Assembly (NCBI RefSeq): GCF_006345805.1
Contig: NC_043011.1
Span: 30,640,464-30,704,463 of the forward strand
Origin: Octopus sinensis
Lineage: Eukaryota
Direction of reading: 5' to 3'
DNA: 64,000 nucleotides
Part shown: piece after piece, positions 38,901 to 52,750 of the stretch
Numbering within the stretch: the stretch's first letter is position 1
Layout: each line of letters begins with the position of its first letter
Program-made: the position numbers and the translations under genes
The notes under the pieces: model-generated
What the model was told of the DNA's origin: nothing
The model's database searches: none
Seen by the model: the letters and a program-made list of their open reading frames with translations, nothing else

Positions 38901-39877
38901 CGATGAGCAGGAGATGCAGCTCGAGATGGACAGTTTCTCATCAGCCTGTGACAACTTCGGTCTCACCATCAGTGCAAAGAAAACCGAAGTGATGTTTCAG
39001 CCAGCCCCCGGCAAACAATACCATGAGCCTCAGATAAGGGTGAACGGACGGATCCTCCGAGTGGTGGAAAACTTCACCTACCTGGGCAGCACTCTCTCCT
39101 GCAATGCCAACATAGATGCTGAAACCATCAACAGAATCTCCAAGGCAAGCAGCGCGTTTGGGAGACTGCGAAAGAAAGTCTGGGAGAGGAGAGGAATCAG
39201 CTCAACACCAAGCTGAAAGTCTACCGGGCAGTCGTGCTTACCACCCTACTATACGGCTGCGAGACGTGGACTGCTTACCGAAGGCACGAGCGCCAGATAA
39301 ACCACTTCCATCTCAGGTGTCTTCGGAATCTCCTTCACATCCGCTGGCAGGACAAAGTCCCAGACACGGAAGTTCTGAAGCAGGCAGATCTCCCTAGCAC
39401 CATCACAATCATGCGCAAGGCCCAGCTGAGATGGGCGGGCCACGTCTCCCGCATGTCCGACACTCGCATCCCAAAACAGCTCTTCTACGGTGAACTCGGC
39501 CAGGGCAGGCGCAAAGTCGGAGGGCAGAAAAAGCGCTACAAGGATAGTCTCAAGGTCTCTCTCAAAGACTTCTCCATCGGAACAGAGACCTGGGAGACAC
39601 TTGCTGCCAACCGCTCATCCTGGCGCAGCGCAATCACCGTGGGAGCAGGGACAGCCGAGGAGGGACGGATTCGGTCAGCGGAGCAGAAACGTCAGATGCG
39701 TAAAGTCAGAGCCGCCTGCACCAGTAGCACTGCCCCTACCCACTTCTGCCCCACCTGTGGGAGGGGCTTCCTTGCCCGGATTGGCCTCACCAGCCACCTC
39801 CGGTCTCATGGCGGCAGTTCCATCAGATGATGTCAGTTGGTCATCTTCGAACCGAAGGACGAACATTATTATTATTA
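35905..39877 (+). mobile_element. Near full-length RTE-clade LINE (APE, RT, C-terminal C2H2), disrupted
   Basis: TWNVRTL, LSETRL, SAYAPT, HWHLIDY, KAPGSDAIPAE, FVDLTKAFD, FADD-like, CPTCGRGF..HLRSH; (ATT)n tail; several frameshifts and an in-frame TGA near 37997. Confidence 0.95.
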
Positions 39878-40204
39878 TATAATTAAATGCTAATTTGTAT
39901 GGTATCTTATTTAATGGAGATTTTCTGTTTCTATTCAATACTTCGTGCTCTTGCTTTGAAGTTATATATTTCCTTCTCAAGAGAACAGATTTGCAGTAAG
40001 GTTTTTTTTCTTGTTAAGATCCAGGTGCTGTGCAGTGAATTCATTATTGACATCCATTTGCCCGGTTCTGAGACACGGTTGGCTAATGTTTCATTGTTTC
40101 CTTGAATTGAGTACTTGGGTCGATGTAATCAACTAGCCCCCTCCCCAGAAATTGCTGATCGCGCGCCAAAATTCGAAATCAGTATTTCATTGTTTCCATT
40201 GCAG

Positions 40205-41350
40205 GTAAGGCTAGAGAGGTAGCAGTATCGTGAGGACATCGGACGAAATGCTTAGTGGCAGTTCTTCCGGCTTTACGTTCTGAGTTCAAATCCTGTCGAG
40301 CTCAGTTGTTACCGTTCATCGTTTCGGTCTCAATAAAATAAGTACTAGCTGAGCAGCGGGTTTGATGCAATCGACCAGTTCCCTCACCACGAGGGTTTCA
40401 GGCTTTGTGCCTACAGTAGAACAAGTCATTTTATTTAGAATTAAAGCAGCTGTAATACAGGAGGGTGTTCAATATTTGTGATTACATATTGCAGTTAGTG
40501 CCTTGTGGCACCATTAATATCGTTTAACATGAGAATGGTTGCTTTATCTTTTACTTTCACTAAAACAGTCTGTTATCTAATGAGAGCTTAGAGAAATTGG
40601 AAACAAATATTATCCGACTGCGCTTTTAAATTGTTTTATCCATTATGTATATTCTACAATCATCTCGTTCAGGTTAGTTTCATTCTAAGATACAGAAGTG
40701 GTGAGTTATGAAGATAATGGTGATGATGATACCAGCGGTTTGTTTGCATCTATATTGCTCTCTTTTATGACAGCTTTGGGTTGGTTTTGATGTCCTTTGA
40801 AAATCGGCTAACATCACAAGTGCTGGAATATCAGTGGCTCTCTGTGACAGCCATTTATTGGACAATGAAAGAAACTTGATGTAAAAGCTGTTTAGATGTG
40901 GTTTAAATGGATTTCGTTCCATTAATTAATTAACCGCTTCAATAACTGATAGAAGTATTACCCCAAGCATTTTGATGCACTGGAATAACTCTTAAATTAA
41001 GTATAATAATCAGATAAAATGAGGAGAATACTTATGTCGTCTTAGCTTACAGATTTGTAGGTACTGTTAGTGTTGCTATTGTTGTTGTTGTTATTGTTGT
41101 TGTTGTTGTTGTTGTTGTTTGTTTGTTTGTTACCAGTGTCGTAAAAGAAACATTCCACGCACTAAGAAGTAGCATTTATAGTCTATAAAGTTTAAGTTTT
41201 TAAGCATTTGTGGTTGGGTGGTAAGAAGCTTTGTTTACCAACCACATTGTACAGGGTTCAGTCTCACTGCGTGGTACCTTGGACAAGTGCCTCCTACTAC
41301 AGCCCCGGGCCGACCAAAGTCTTGTAAGTTGATTTGATTGATAGAAACTC
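40205..41350 (+). mobile_element. Diverged family A SINE (40205-40430) and family B 5' half (41205-41350)
   Basis: Family motifs. Confidence 0.72.
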
Positions 41351-42234
41351 CATATCATCATCATCATCATCATCATCAACATCATCATCTAGGCTAAGGT
41401 ATATCGCAATAATTCTAGAGGAAAACTTGCAAGCACACATCATTTGACATTTTCTTCATTTAATATTTTCTTCTTCGTGACATAGTGGTATAATTCATTT
41501 AGCTCTTCCGTTAGCGCTTCTTAGTGAAACATAAATCCGGCTTTTTCAAAGATATTCACACATTGAAAGGTCTTAATTTCCCATTCTGGTACTTTGCTGC
41601 CTATTCGTTTTATTCTGCTAGAATATCTAAATTCAATCTCTTTCTCCGTGACAAAGGCCAGATCTGGGAGAAATTCATTTATTCTGACTGACTTTTCATT
41701 AAAGTATTTACTCCCCTTGCGGGTAATTGAATCACCAATGAAGAATGAGACCGGGCATTTGAAGAAAACCTCTCTGAGAAGGCAATATACTTAATTTCAT
41801 ATTGTGTTTCTCCAAATGAAACACTGGCGGAAAAATGTCTTGAATATTTTGTTTGTCAATTGTCTAGTGTTCCCGCAAGATCCTACAGAAGAACAAAGCT
41901 GCGAAAACACACAACTGTTGCCATTTAAAAATATTTTAACTGAATGCCAACATTTCATCGGATATAACTAGATTCGACAGTAATTCCTTTCAGCAAAAAT
42001 TAAAAGGAAAAAAAAAAAAAAACTTTATAAACAATTAATGTGTGTATCTTTCATTTGCGACAAGTGAGAGAGCTAGCTTTTTAATGAGAGTTACTCCAGT
42101 GAGTTATGCAAATTTGCTCACATTGTAATTTCACATACATAAAATTATGCATTTATGCATAGTTCAGATTTGTCAATCTCCCGCTCATTCTCGCTTTTCT
42201 TCCCCATCGTTTCCTCTCAACATATACGTACACA

Positions 42235-42283
<49 letters not shown>

Positions 42284-42510
42284 ATATACATATGCACGTG
42301 TGTTTGCTTGTGTATTTGCATCTATGTGCGTGCGTCTCTCTCTCTATATATATATAGACATATAGACATATGTATACATATATATATATATATATATAGA
42401 CATATAGACGTATTTATACATATATACATATATATATATATTATATATATATATATAATATAATATATATATATATATATTATATACATATATATACACA
42501 CACACACACA

Positions 42511-42558
<48 letters not shown>

Positions 42559-42565
42559 ATATATA

Positions 42566-42626
<61 letters not shown>

Positions 42627-42953
42627 CATATTATATATATACATAGGGGAGACCGATAGTGGGGGGAAAGAAAGAAAGAAAGAGAGAGAGAGAAAAGTGA
42701 AAGATCTATTTTCTGACTTGCATTAAAGCTATATGGTCGTTGTTAAAGAGGAGGTGGGTGTACAACCAGTTTTTTTTTTTTTAATAAGTTGTTTCTAGGA
42801 AGTTAGCCGACTAAGTAGACAACTCATACGCAACCAGGAAGATATGTAAATAAATTGCACCTGCATATAATTAATGTCGATTACGTCACCTTCACATGCA
42901 TTCATGCATACAATAACTCACACATAAATGCATACATACTTTCATATACACAT

Positions 42954-42990
<37 letters not shown>

Positions 42991-43271
42991 CATATATATA
43001 CTCGCACATAGATGCGCAAACAAATATGCTCAGTTCAGAAGATCTATTCATAAGAGCGAGGATATATGTGTGGGTGGGTGTGTGTGTGTGTGTGTGTTAA
43101 TGGCAATGAACATAAAAGAAAACGTATTCAATTCCTAGAATGAATTAGGAATTGCTTAATTCGATTACCAGGATCCAAATAGTTTGAAACTAGATTTTCC
43201 CACGATTTTACGCTTGTTCCTATATATTTTAAGAAGTAACAATGGCAACAAATATGATATATAGATAATAT

Positions 43272-43362
<91 letters not shown>

Positions 43363-43399
43363 GATGGAAGGATGATGGATGGACGGACGGACGAACAGA

Positions 43400-44350
43400 C
43401 AGACTCAGGCATTTGACTGCGGCCACGCTGAAGCACCGCTTTAACAAATTTTGTTAGAGGAAATCGACCCCAAAACATAACCTTTCTAAGCTTAGTACCT
43501 ATTCTACAAAATTCTTTCGCCGAATTCTTTTGCCGAAGTTGTGGGGACATAAATGCATCAACATAAGTTGTCAAACGATGGTGGGGAGGGGAAGAGACAC
43601 ACACACATACACAAATGTGGTGGCTTCCACCTCGTTATCGAGTATGGCCATTGCACGAAGCTTAATCAATGTTGTTATCGTGCAATGCCTGTGCAAGAAG
43701 ATTTATTTTTAAAGTGAGGAAAGGCTGTGCACTGAGTCAATCTCACTCACTAAGCAACAGTAGCCATAATCCGAAAAGAAGAACAAGTCAACATCATCGG
43801 TAACCACTGAGCCGCAGCTTTTATGTTGGAGTTATCCCATTTATATGAGTTACCTTCTCCTAGAAGGATGCCGTAACAAAGCCTAGGAGTCCTTCACTCC
43901 CAATGGTTTAACCGCGCGATCGGGTATTCTGTCCGATTATTTCTATGTTCCCGCGCATGATACAGCCTTAAGACATTTATTGGATGGCCGTTGACTCTCA
44001 AGAAATCCTCCGCCCTTTGACGGGTTCTGTTTTTCATCCCGCAGGCTGTCCAATAAACACCCGCTCACCAAGCAAGCTTGGTGGGGTTGCCAGTTTAGTT
44101 GCCGACGACACGAACATGCAACAGGTTGTACTGGGTTACATGTTACCAGTAGCACTTGAAAGTGACCTGACATATACATACATATATACGACGGACGTCT
44201 TTCAGTCTCTGTCTACCAATTCTACTCACAAGGCTTTGGTCGGTCCGAAGCTATAGTAGAAGACACTTTCCCAAGGTGCCACGCAGTGAGACTGAACCCA
44301 GGACCATATAGTTGGGAAGTAAGCTTCTTGTCACACAACCCACGCCTGCG
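43400..44350 (-). mobile_element. Family B SINE split by an insertion in its internal microsatellite
   Basis: Head at 44185-44350, tail at 43400-43640. Confidence 0.8.
43650..44170 (-). mobile_element. Non-coding RTE-related element (5' UTR-like, about 520 bp)
   Basis: First roughly 200 nt align with 35905-36100 (gctactggtaacatgtaacccagtacaacctgtt; actaaactggcaaccccaccaag), then diverge. Confidence 0.8.
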
Positions 44351-44432
<82 letters not shown>

Positions 44433-44459
44433 CACATATACATACATATGTATATATAT

Positions 44460-44517
<58 letters not shown>

Positions 44518-44797
44518 TGTATATATACTTATTTATATACATACATATATACATACATCATACATACATACATATATATATATATATCCATTTTTAATAA
44601 CAGCTGATGAGAGCTTCGCCTAGTAAATTATTTTATTTGCTGAAGATTGGTTGAAACCAGGTACAGGAATTAGATGGTAAATGTTTTCATTTTTCATTCC
44701 CTTTCGAAATTACCCCTAATAGTGGTTTGGGGTTTAACTACTCCTTCTAGCGGGTCAATGTCCTCTTATGGCCATCTCTTATGTGCTTAAATGTACA

Positions 44798-44837
<40 letters not shown>

Positions 44838-45149
44838 TAATATATATATATATCGAAAACAAAATTATTTGACACTACATGTATAGAAATATAGAAAAAG
44901 AAATTGAAAATGAACTGGAAGTCTTTTAGATGATTTATTTTTAAAGCCTTAACCGGTTTCACTTTATTTTTTATATTTTCAAAAGTGAGATAGAAAAATG
45001 TGTTCTATGCTGCAACTGTCTTGCTTCTGGCTGGAGTTCAAAAATTCTCTTGTTTAAGATACAATGTGATTGACAGACGATAATCAAAGCTTAATCACGT
45101 GATCATCGTCTACCAATCAAATTGTATCCTAAACAGATGTTAATTTGAG

Positions 45150-48100
45150 CCATTTTGGTGCAACTGAGACCTACAGTTGCGTGCTGCTCATATTTTGTGG
45201 GATTATGTTGCAACGGTGTTTTCTTGATGTATTTAGTACATGTAGCTTTGTTTTTACTGTTCAAAGACAAAAGAATAGCATAGCACAATGGATAATGCTA
45301 TCGAAGTCCCCATTCATGGAATCAGGGTAAGTTTTGTATCCGATACCTAGTTTGCGTGGATGATGTGGGACCAGGAAGGGTTAGGGAGAAATGAAGTGTC
45401 ATATCATATGTGTAAGACTGGGCGTTGTTGGAAATGACGGCAATCAGATCACTGATGTACAGAAGGAAGACTGCAGGAGACAAAACAAATCTCAAAACTC
45501 ACAAGAGTTGTTTAATAGTTGAACGAAAAGAACTTCATCAACGAACGTTTCCGTAATGCGATCTGATAAGAGACAACCAATTCAAAAGAGAGTTGGAATG
45601 ATCCCATAGGCAGGAAGTTTCGATCCGAGATTCGCGTACCAAATACGTTCGATATATTTACTTGTTTTTGCAGCAACAACATTGCTTTCACTGAGATCCC
45701 GCTGGCGAATGACATAAAAGAATGGGTCTCCAGTGGCTCTGGCTCTACAGAAGCTTTGCTATATGCTGGTTATTGAGGGAAGAGAGAGTGAGAGAGAGAG
45801 GGGGGAGAGAGTGAGAGAGAGAGAGAGGAAGAGAGAGTGAGAGTGAGAGAGAGTGAGAGGAGAGAGAAGAGAGAGAGCAAGAGAGAGTGAGAAAAAGAGG
45901 AAGAGAGAGCGGAGGGAAGAGGGAGAGAGGGTGGGAGAGAGAGGAAGAGAGAGGAAGAGAGAGGGAGAGTGAGAGAGAGTGAGATAGAGAGTGAGAGAGA
46001 AGAGAGCAGAGAGAGTGAGAAAAGAGGAAGAAGAGTGAAGAGGAAGAGAGAGTGAGCAGAGAGAGGAGGGAAGAGAGTGAGAAGAGAGGAAGATGAGAGA
46101 GTGACAGGAGAGGAAGAAAGAGAGGAGAGAGAGAGGAAGAGAGAGTGGGAGAGGAAGAGAGAGAGAGAGGTGAGAGAAGAGATGGAGAGAGAGAGAGGAA
46201 GAGAGAGAGTGAGAGAGAGAGGAAGAGGAGGAGAGAGTGAGAGAGAGGTAAGAGGAAGAGAGAGTGAGAGAAGGAGAGAGAGAGAGGAAGAGAGATGAGA
46301 GAGAAGAGAGAGGACTGAGAGAGAGAGGAGAGAGAGAGAGAGGAAGAGAGAAGAGAGAGAGTTGATGAGAGAGAGAAGAGAGAGTGGGAGAGAGTGAGAG
46401 AGAGAGAGGAAGAGAAAGAGTGAGAGAGAGGAAGAGAGTGAGAGAGAGAAAGAAGAGAGAGGAGAGAGAAAGAAGAGAGAGTGAAGAGAGAGGAAGAGAG
46501 AGAAGAAGAAAGAGAAAGAGGGAGAGTGAGAGAGAGAGAGGAAAAGAGAGAGGGAGAGAGAGAGAGCAATTCTGGCTGTTAGATTTCTCCATAGTCTTTA
46601 AAATATTAGAAGTGAGTGCATCAGACAGGTTGTCTTTCTTAGTAACGGGAGACGCTGTAACGCGTTCACAAAGCTCACTGTATAACAACTGAGAGAATGA
46701 GAGATGAAGAGTTTGATGAGTACAAGAGCAAGTTTCGGGGTCCAATATTTGAGTTTAATGGAAATTAAAATTGATGACCCTGTTGGTTACCGCCACCGGA
46801 GGTATTTCGCATTAAATAACGGTGGGTAAATTTGAATGTAAATCAAGCAGTGAGCGTTAAGGATTTCTCAGTGGAAGTTACTGTTTATGGGGTCATCGCT
46901 GTAGAGAATGGTGGGTAAAGAGGATTTTGAAAAGTTAGCTAAGGTTATTTTGGCAAGGGGTCAAAACCATCAACTGCAATTAGCAAAGCTGGAAACCATT
47001 TTGGCTGTGCAATGCACCAAAGTATCTTTTGCAATTTAGATATTGGTCTTGGAAGAGTTACACTGTTAGGTAAATTCTGCCTTCTTTTGAAGAGCAGGCG
47101 AGAACCTCCAGATGTCTTTCTTTTTTCTTTTTTTTTGCCTGAATAACTGCAGTGTGGTTGAGAACCTATTGTTGGACTGGGGATGTTGATTTTTGTTTTA
47201 TGTGGGATGTGCTAAAACTTGCCTAAAAGTTTTTAATTACACACTTGTCTCTTGAAGATCGGGAGCAATGTATGTGTACTGCCAAGGATTGGCGTAAAAC
47301 AGGTGATGCTCCAGCCATTGTGTTAACGTACTATACAAGATTCAAGGCGCGAGAAGCATTGTACTGTATGTTGCTGTGTGTGTGGTAGTTGTGATAAAAA
47401 TGTTGTCCGATGATCTAGCAGATACAAAGACAGTTTACGGTTTGGTTTTGAGACGTGAAAGAAATCCCGAGTATTTGAGTGGTTGGGATGTGAATAGGGA
47501 ATGCAGAGTGAAATGCAAAATTCTAACTTCTGAAGCAACAGCATTGGTGAGAGAAGTTTGTCGCGAGATGTGAGTTGTTTTTAAGTCTCAATGAATGATG
47601 AGTTCAAAGACGGTTAAAGTAGAATATATGGTCTCAATGTAGGAGAAAGTACGTATAATCAGACCTGCTCACGGTCTGAAGATATCTGAAGACAATAGAA
47701 AAAGCGGAATCTGCTGATAAAATGAGGGAGATAGATTCGAGTTAGAGTACCTGGAAGTCGTTTTAGCTGCAATTCAAGTGAGAGAGGTTAGTAACAGGGA
47801 AAGTGGAGTCTACGCTTGTGTAGACATCATTTCCTTGGAGTAAAATATGAGAAGAGACTGTGACCTCGACAGCAGAGATGTATTGTGGATAGGGGTTGAT
47901 AAATTTGTGTTTAGGAGAGAAATAAGACATGTAGTTTGTGTGAAATAAGACATGTAGTTTGCGTGGGGTCTAGAGTGGACGGCGTTCACGGACGTTTAAG
48001 AAGAGGCAGATTTAAGTAGATTTACTTTTATATTTTGGTCCCATGATGAAGTATATAGATTGACGGTGCATAAAGAGTCATGAAACTCCCAGTCGGAATT

Positions 48101-48150
48101 CTGTTATGTGTGTTCTCGTAAAAGTTGTACTCTTGTGTATGTTGATTTGT
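45150..48150 (-). mobile_element. Heavily decayed APE-type LINE ORF2 (CR1/Jockey-like)
   Basis: ELIIH*DL (GDFN-like), PKLALVLIKLF, SPVTKKDNLSDALTSNILKTMEK, DISNVF, VLSPAVFLLYISDL...QSYTYDMTLH. Confidence 0.65.
45776..46566. repeat. About 800-bp homopurine (GA-rich) tract
   Basis: Almost only G and A, with scattered T and C; lies between RT motifs of the CR1-like element. Confidence 0.97.
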
Positions 48151-48257
48151 TATTTTTTCATATTGGTAGAACTTACTACGTATGGATTGGAATATTGCTA
48201 GGTATGATTGTTACGTATGGATTGGAGTGTTGCTAGGCATGATTGTGTGAGTCTATT

Positions 48258-48294
<37 letters not shown>

Positions 48295-49979
48295 TGTTGG
48301 AAGCTCTGAGTGCGTAGTGAGGTGAATGCGTTCGTCTGGTTATATGTGTGTTTATATGTTAGACATGTTCTATTGGGGTTTGATTAGTGTAGTGTGAAGG
48401 TGTTACGATGGTGTTACAGAGAGTATGTGCATATACGAGTGTAACTGTGTTATTACTGGGCATGCACGAAAGAGTATGTAGTGATTTGGTTTAGTTTTGG
48501 GTGGAAAATGTTGACAGATTGGTCAAGATTGTTGAACTGTTCTGAGGCAGACATTGTCAGATGGTCGGTGCCAGGTGCATGAAATTATCCTTGTTGCCTG
48601 GTGCTTGTCTTATGCTGTAATAAAAAGTGCATAGGTTGGTGTGGTGTATGAATCACATGTCATTATTTGTAAACGTCCGGATCTTGCTGTGATGGATATG
48701 AAAGCGGAGGCCCTACCAAGGAGAGAGCATACAGTTTCAAGGCGACAAAGACTGAGGTGTATAGTGATAACAGCATGGAGAAAGAATGTGGTGGGAAGAG
48801 GGCTGTTGGTGGGTGTATTAGGATGTGCATGTCAGTGGAAGTGGAATAAGAAGTTAAAAGAGGCGGCAGGTGTGTATGCGGTTAGTGGTGGAAGGAGAAA
48901 TGGAAGGTAGGGATGAGATAGGTGGTTTCGGAGGTGGGATGTCAAGTAGGTTAGTGGATGCAAAAGAGACATCCACCTTAAACAATTGTTGCTAGGTATG
49001 ATTGTTACGTATGGATTGGAGTGTTGCTATTGTCTATATAACTTTCAACACCTGTTTAAAATAACCAGTAACTTCTGTCATGTAACATTCTTCAATCTTT
49101 GTATCTACTTCCCACCCACCGTCATTTCAAGTGGCATCCATCAATACGCCCAACTTATATTCTACTTCACCTTCCCCCACAGAACCCATCCACCGCAAAT
49201 CATCCTGACCCCTCAATACGAACCAACACTCCCAAATTCGCACCTCCACCTGCGCCACTCCCTTCCTCGTCTACTCTATCATCCACTGCATCAATCTACG
49301 CAAATGCCTGCTCCTCGACTTTCGCATTCACACTAACAACTACAAACTCGATCACTCATTCACGCTCTCACTGCCAGACAAACAAAAACCCTAGCAGCAA
49401 ATTGCAACCGTGTCTCAATGAGAAGAGATGATAATCTAAAGCAATCGACATTTCTCCGGAAACAAAAGAAAAGGAAAAACCCTGTTTTTCTTTCTGAAGA
49501 CAAGAGAACAGCTGTAAACAGATTTTCTTTTTCTGATTCACAAACAATAGAGAATACGCACAAACATGCACGCACTCAAGTTGTCGGCCTGTTTTCTTTA
49601 CAAACAGAAGCAACGTTTGAAGACAGAAATAATGTGTAAAACCTCTCAAACGGAAGAATCTCAACACACAACCAGTCAGAATCAACTCAAAAACACCTAC
49701 GCATCACGGAAATTATGTGGGAAGTGCAACGGATTTCGCATGGGAATTGTTATAAAATCATGAAATGTTTCAGTTGTTTTCGTTTTGTTTTTTGTTTTTG
49801 TTTTTTTTTTAGATTACGTCTTTCATGGCTGTATTGACGCTAAAATGGTGGCAAATTTAATTTATGAATAAAACATGGTATAAATTAATAAGCTACTGCT
49901 GAATTAGACTGTCGATTTACATAGATACATTACTTATACGTGTATGCATATCTATCGATGTGTGTATGTGTGTTTGTAC

Positions 49980-50031
<52 letters not shown>

Positions 50032-50499
50032 GAGTGAGAGAAGGGAAAAGAAAATGGGAGAGAGAGATTGAAGTTGACAATGTATGTATATATATAAATG
50101 TGTAGAAATATGGCGTTCTAGTCCATACATGGAAGTGATTCATTATAATCAATCTCTCTCTTTCCACGTGTTTGCGGATATTGTCAGTCTTACTTGATAG
50201 GCGGTCACATCGCCACGACTGCTTTACTGAAATATATCGTTGAAAACGGATTTCCTAGTAATAGTCATATCTGCCTGATGCTAGTTTCCAGACTGTTAAG
50301 GGTCTGCAAGTGACATCCTAACAAGCTTTTCTCTTAAAGTAGATGAAAGTCTTAGATTGTGGCAGGAGCCGAGTTTCAGCTGTCGCCCGTGGTCTTCGTT
50401 CATCTTGCCTTCGTATTTTACTTCTGTTCCAACTGAACAGATTACGTCTTGGCGCGTGTAAGCATTCAGCGATAAAAGTGAGGAGATGACCTGGTTCAT

Positions 50500-52194
50500 T
50501 GTAGTCGGCAACCAGATGAGGGGAGCAAATTCAGAGAATCATCCCTAAGGTGGTTGCACAATGTATAGCAGAAACCCCTGCAGCCAAATTGATGCTAAGT
50601 GCATTGCCTCGCATTCTTTTAGATCACAACTTTGAGGTCGTGGAGAAAATGCCCAGATCTGGGACCCAGAGGGGTCGCGCCTGTGCTGCTGTAGCAAAGA
50701 CAACACGAGCAACATAAGAGTTTGCCTCTGCCCGTGGGAGAAACTATTGCGTCTCACTGAACAGCTATCACCTGCCTCAATACGAACAATAATGTGTCGA
50801 CTTGCTACTATTTGCCACATTAATAGCTGCCTAGAGCTTATGAGGATAGCTACTACGGGAGAAGACAAATATACAAAGGACAAAGAATAAAACACCAGTT
50901 ATATGTCTGGTCACTTGGAAAGTCGAGATAATCTACAGCAAATAAATTACAATTGAAAAACTGTATTTGATGAAACTTGTCATCGGCAAAGCAGCGTTGT
51001 AAAAGACCAGGCCAGCTGTAGACAGCAGGAGAAAGACGACTACTTCTGGCAAAGTACATCTCCCGAAAAAAGGTTTGTCTTGTCAGCAAGGCTAACATCA
51101 TAGAGGCAAAGTTCCTGGAATATCCTGCTGCCCATAGTGATTCCTTTCGACAGTTCAGAGCGCATCTTTTCTCTCATTCTTTTTATGTCGTCTGACAAAT
51201 AAAACATCTTCAGTATCTATACTTCAAATTTGTACTCATGACGATGTCATCTGTATGATGTAGGAATCTGAAGGCAACATTTTGCTTGGGGATTTCAGCG
51301 TTTAAGTCGGATTTGATCACTGCTCACAACAGTTTGCTTTGACCATTTTAGCCTTGACAAGATGAACGAAAATAACTGCTGAAACTCTGCACGTGCTAAA
51401 ATCTGAGAATTACCTACAACTACTTCAAGAGAAAGCCTTGTTAAGATGTCACGTGGAGTCTAGCATCAAAGAGAAATGATCGCAACTAAGAGAGCCGCTT
51501 TCAACAGTGTGCTTCTAGCCTTTACCATGCTGACTGCAACACAAGCCGTAGTGTGTTCCAGGGTTCGACTAAAATCAAAGAAAATAAATCCAGCAAAGTT
51601 TATCAAAATATCCTGTCTTGCGCAGATAGCTGTACTGCGTAAAACGTATACGGAGAAATGAAGAAAATGCTCTAAGATCACTGCTAGCAAGATTGCTCAG
51701 CTGGTGTTCACAAAAGGCATAGTTTTACTACAGTGGGTCCAGCTCTACTAACAAATGTACTTCACAGAGTGTAGTCACTAAGTCTGTTCTTGCTAGTATC
51801 TTCCTTCCCGCCTGTCTGAAAAGAACATAACCTTTCAGCAACGGCGAGTGAACTCAGCGAGGCCATCAACTTGTTTTTTTCAAGGGACCAAGCAGACATC
51901 GTCTCACAAAAGTACTACAGTATGGTAGATCAGTGACACTAGCTCATCTTCTCGAGCATACTTTGCTAGTGATGAGAGGAGCTGATCAGTCCCTTTGGAC
52001 ATATTACATTAAAATATTATAATACTTCAAGAAAAATAGACGGCAATGGTTGCAAATATCACAGAGATATATTCTTGCTGAAAATTATCAATAAAACATT
52101 TGCTCGAATGGCTCTACAGAGGCGACAGGTATTTTCTGTGTGAGTCTACATGTGTCTTTGTGTGATTAAAGGTCATTATCCACACACACACACG

Positions 52195-52240
<46 letters not shown>

Positions 52241-52750
52241 ACACACACACACACAGAGGCAGCTATACAAAAAAAAGTTGGGTACAAACGTAGCCCTTTG
52301 TAGTGCTGGAGTTTTTGACCTGGCTAGGGTTATAGACTCAGTGAATTCAAGATGTTGCAAGGCGGCGAGCTGGCAGAAACGTTAGCGCGCCGGGCGAAAT
52401 GCTTAGCGTATTTCGTCTGCCGTTACGTTCTGAGTTCAAATTCTACCGAGGTCGACTTTGACTTTCATCCTTTCGGGGTCGATAAATTAAGTACCAGTTA
52501 CGCACTGGGGTCGATGTAATCGAATTAATCCCTTTGTCTGTCCTTGTTTGTCCTCTCTATGTTTAGCCCCTTGTGGGTAATAAAGAATAAGAATTCAAGA
52601 GACGTCTTCACACTCGTGGAGAAAACTGGATGAGCACCAAAGCTGTTGGACGTCTTCACTTCTTTCCACGACGTCAGACAAGGGACAATAACATTTAATG
52701 GAATCATCATCGGAGCCATTCTCTGGATTCAAAAGAGAATGTAGCAGAGA
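50500..52750 (+). mobile_element. Heavily decayed second RTE-clade LINE, interrupted by a microsatellite and a SINE
   Basis: ILLGDF..VG, HFSLDKMNEN, LRITYNYFKRKP..VTW, YHADCNT, YHRDIFLLKIINKTFAR, VFTLVEKTG*APKLLDVFTSFHD-VRQG. Confidence 0.7.
52360..52590 (+). mobile_element. SINE family A
   Basis: Close to the 4355 copy. Confidence 0.9.

Noticed and set aside
40690-40880. Hydrophobic peptide-like stretch
   Set aside because: Needs a frameshift and has no recognisable family.
45745-46745. 274- and 328-aa Ser/Leu-rich ORFs
   Set aside because: Products of the GA/TC tract.
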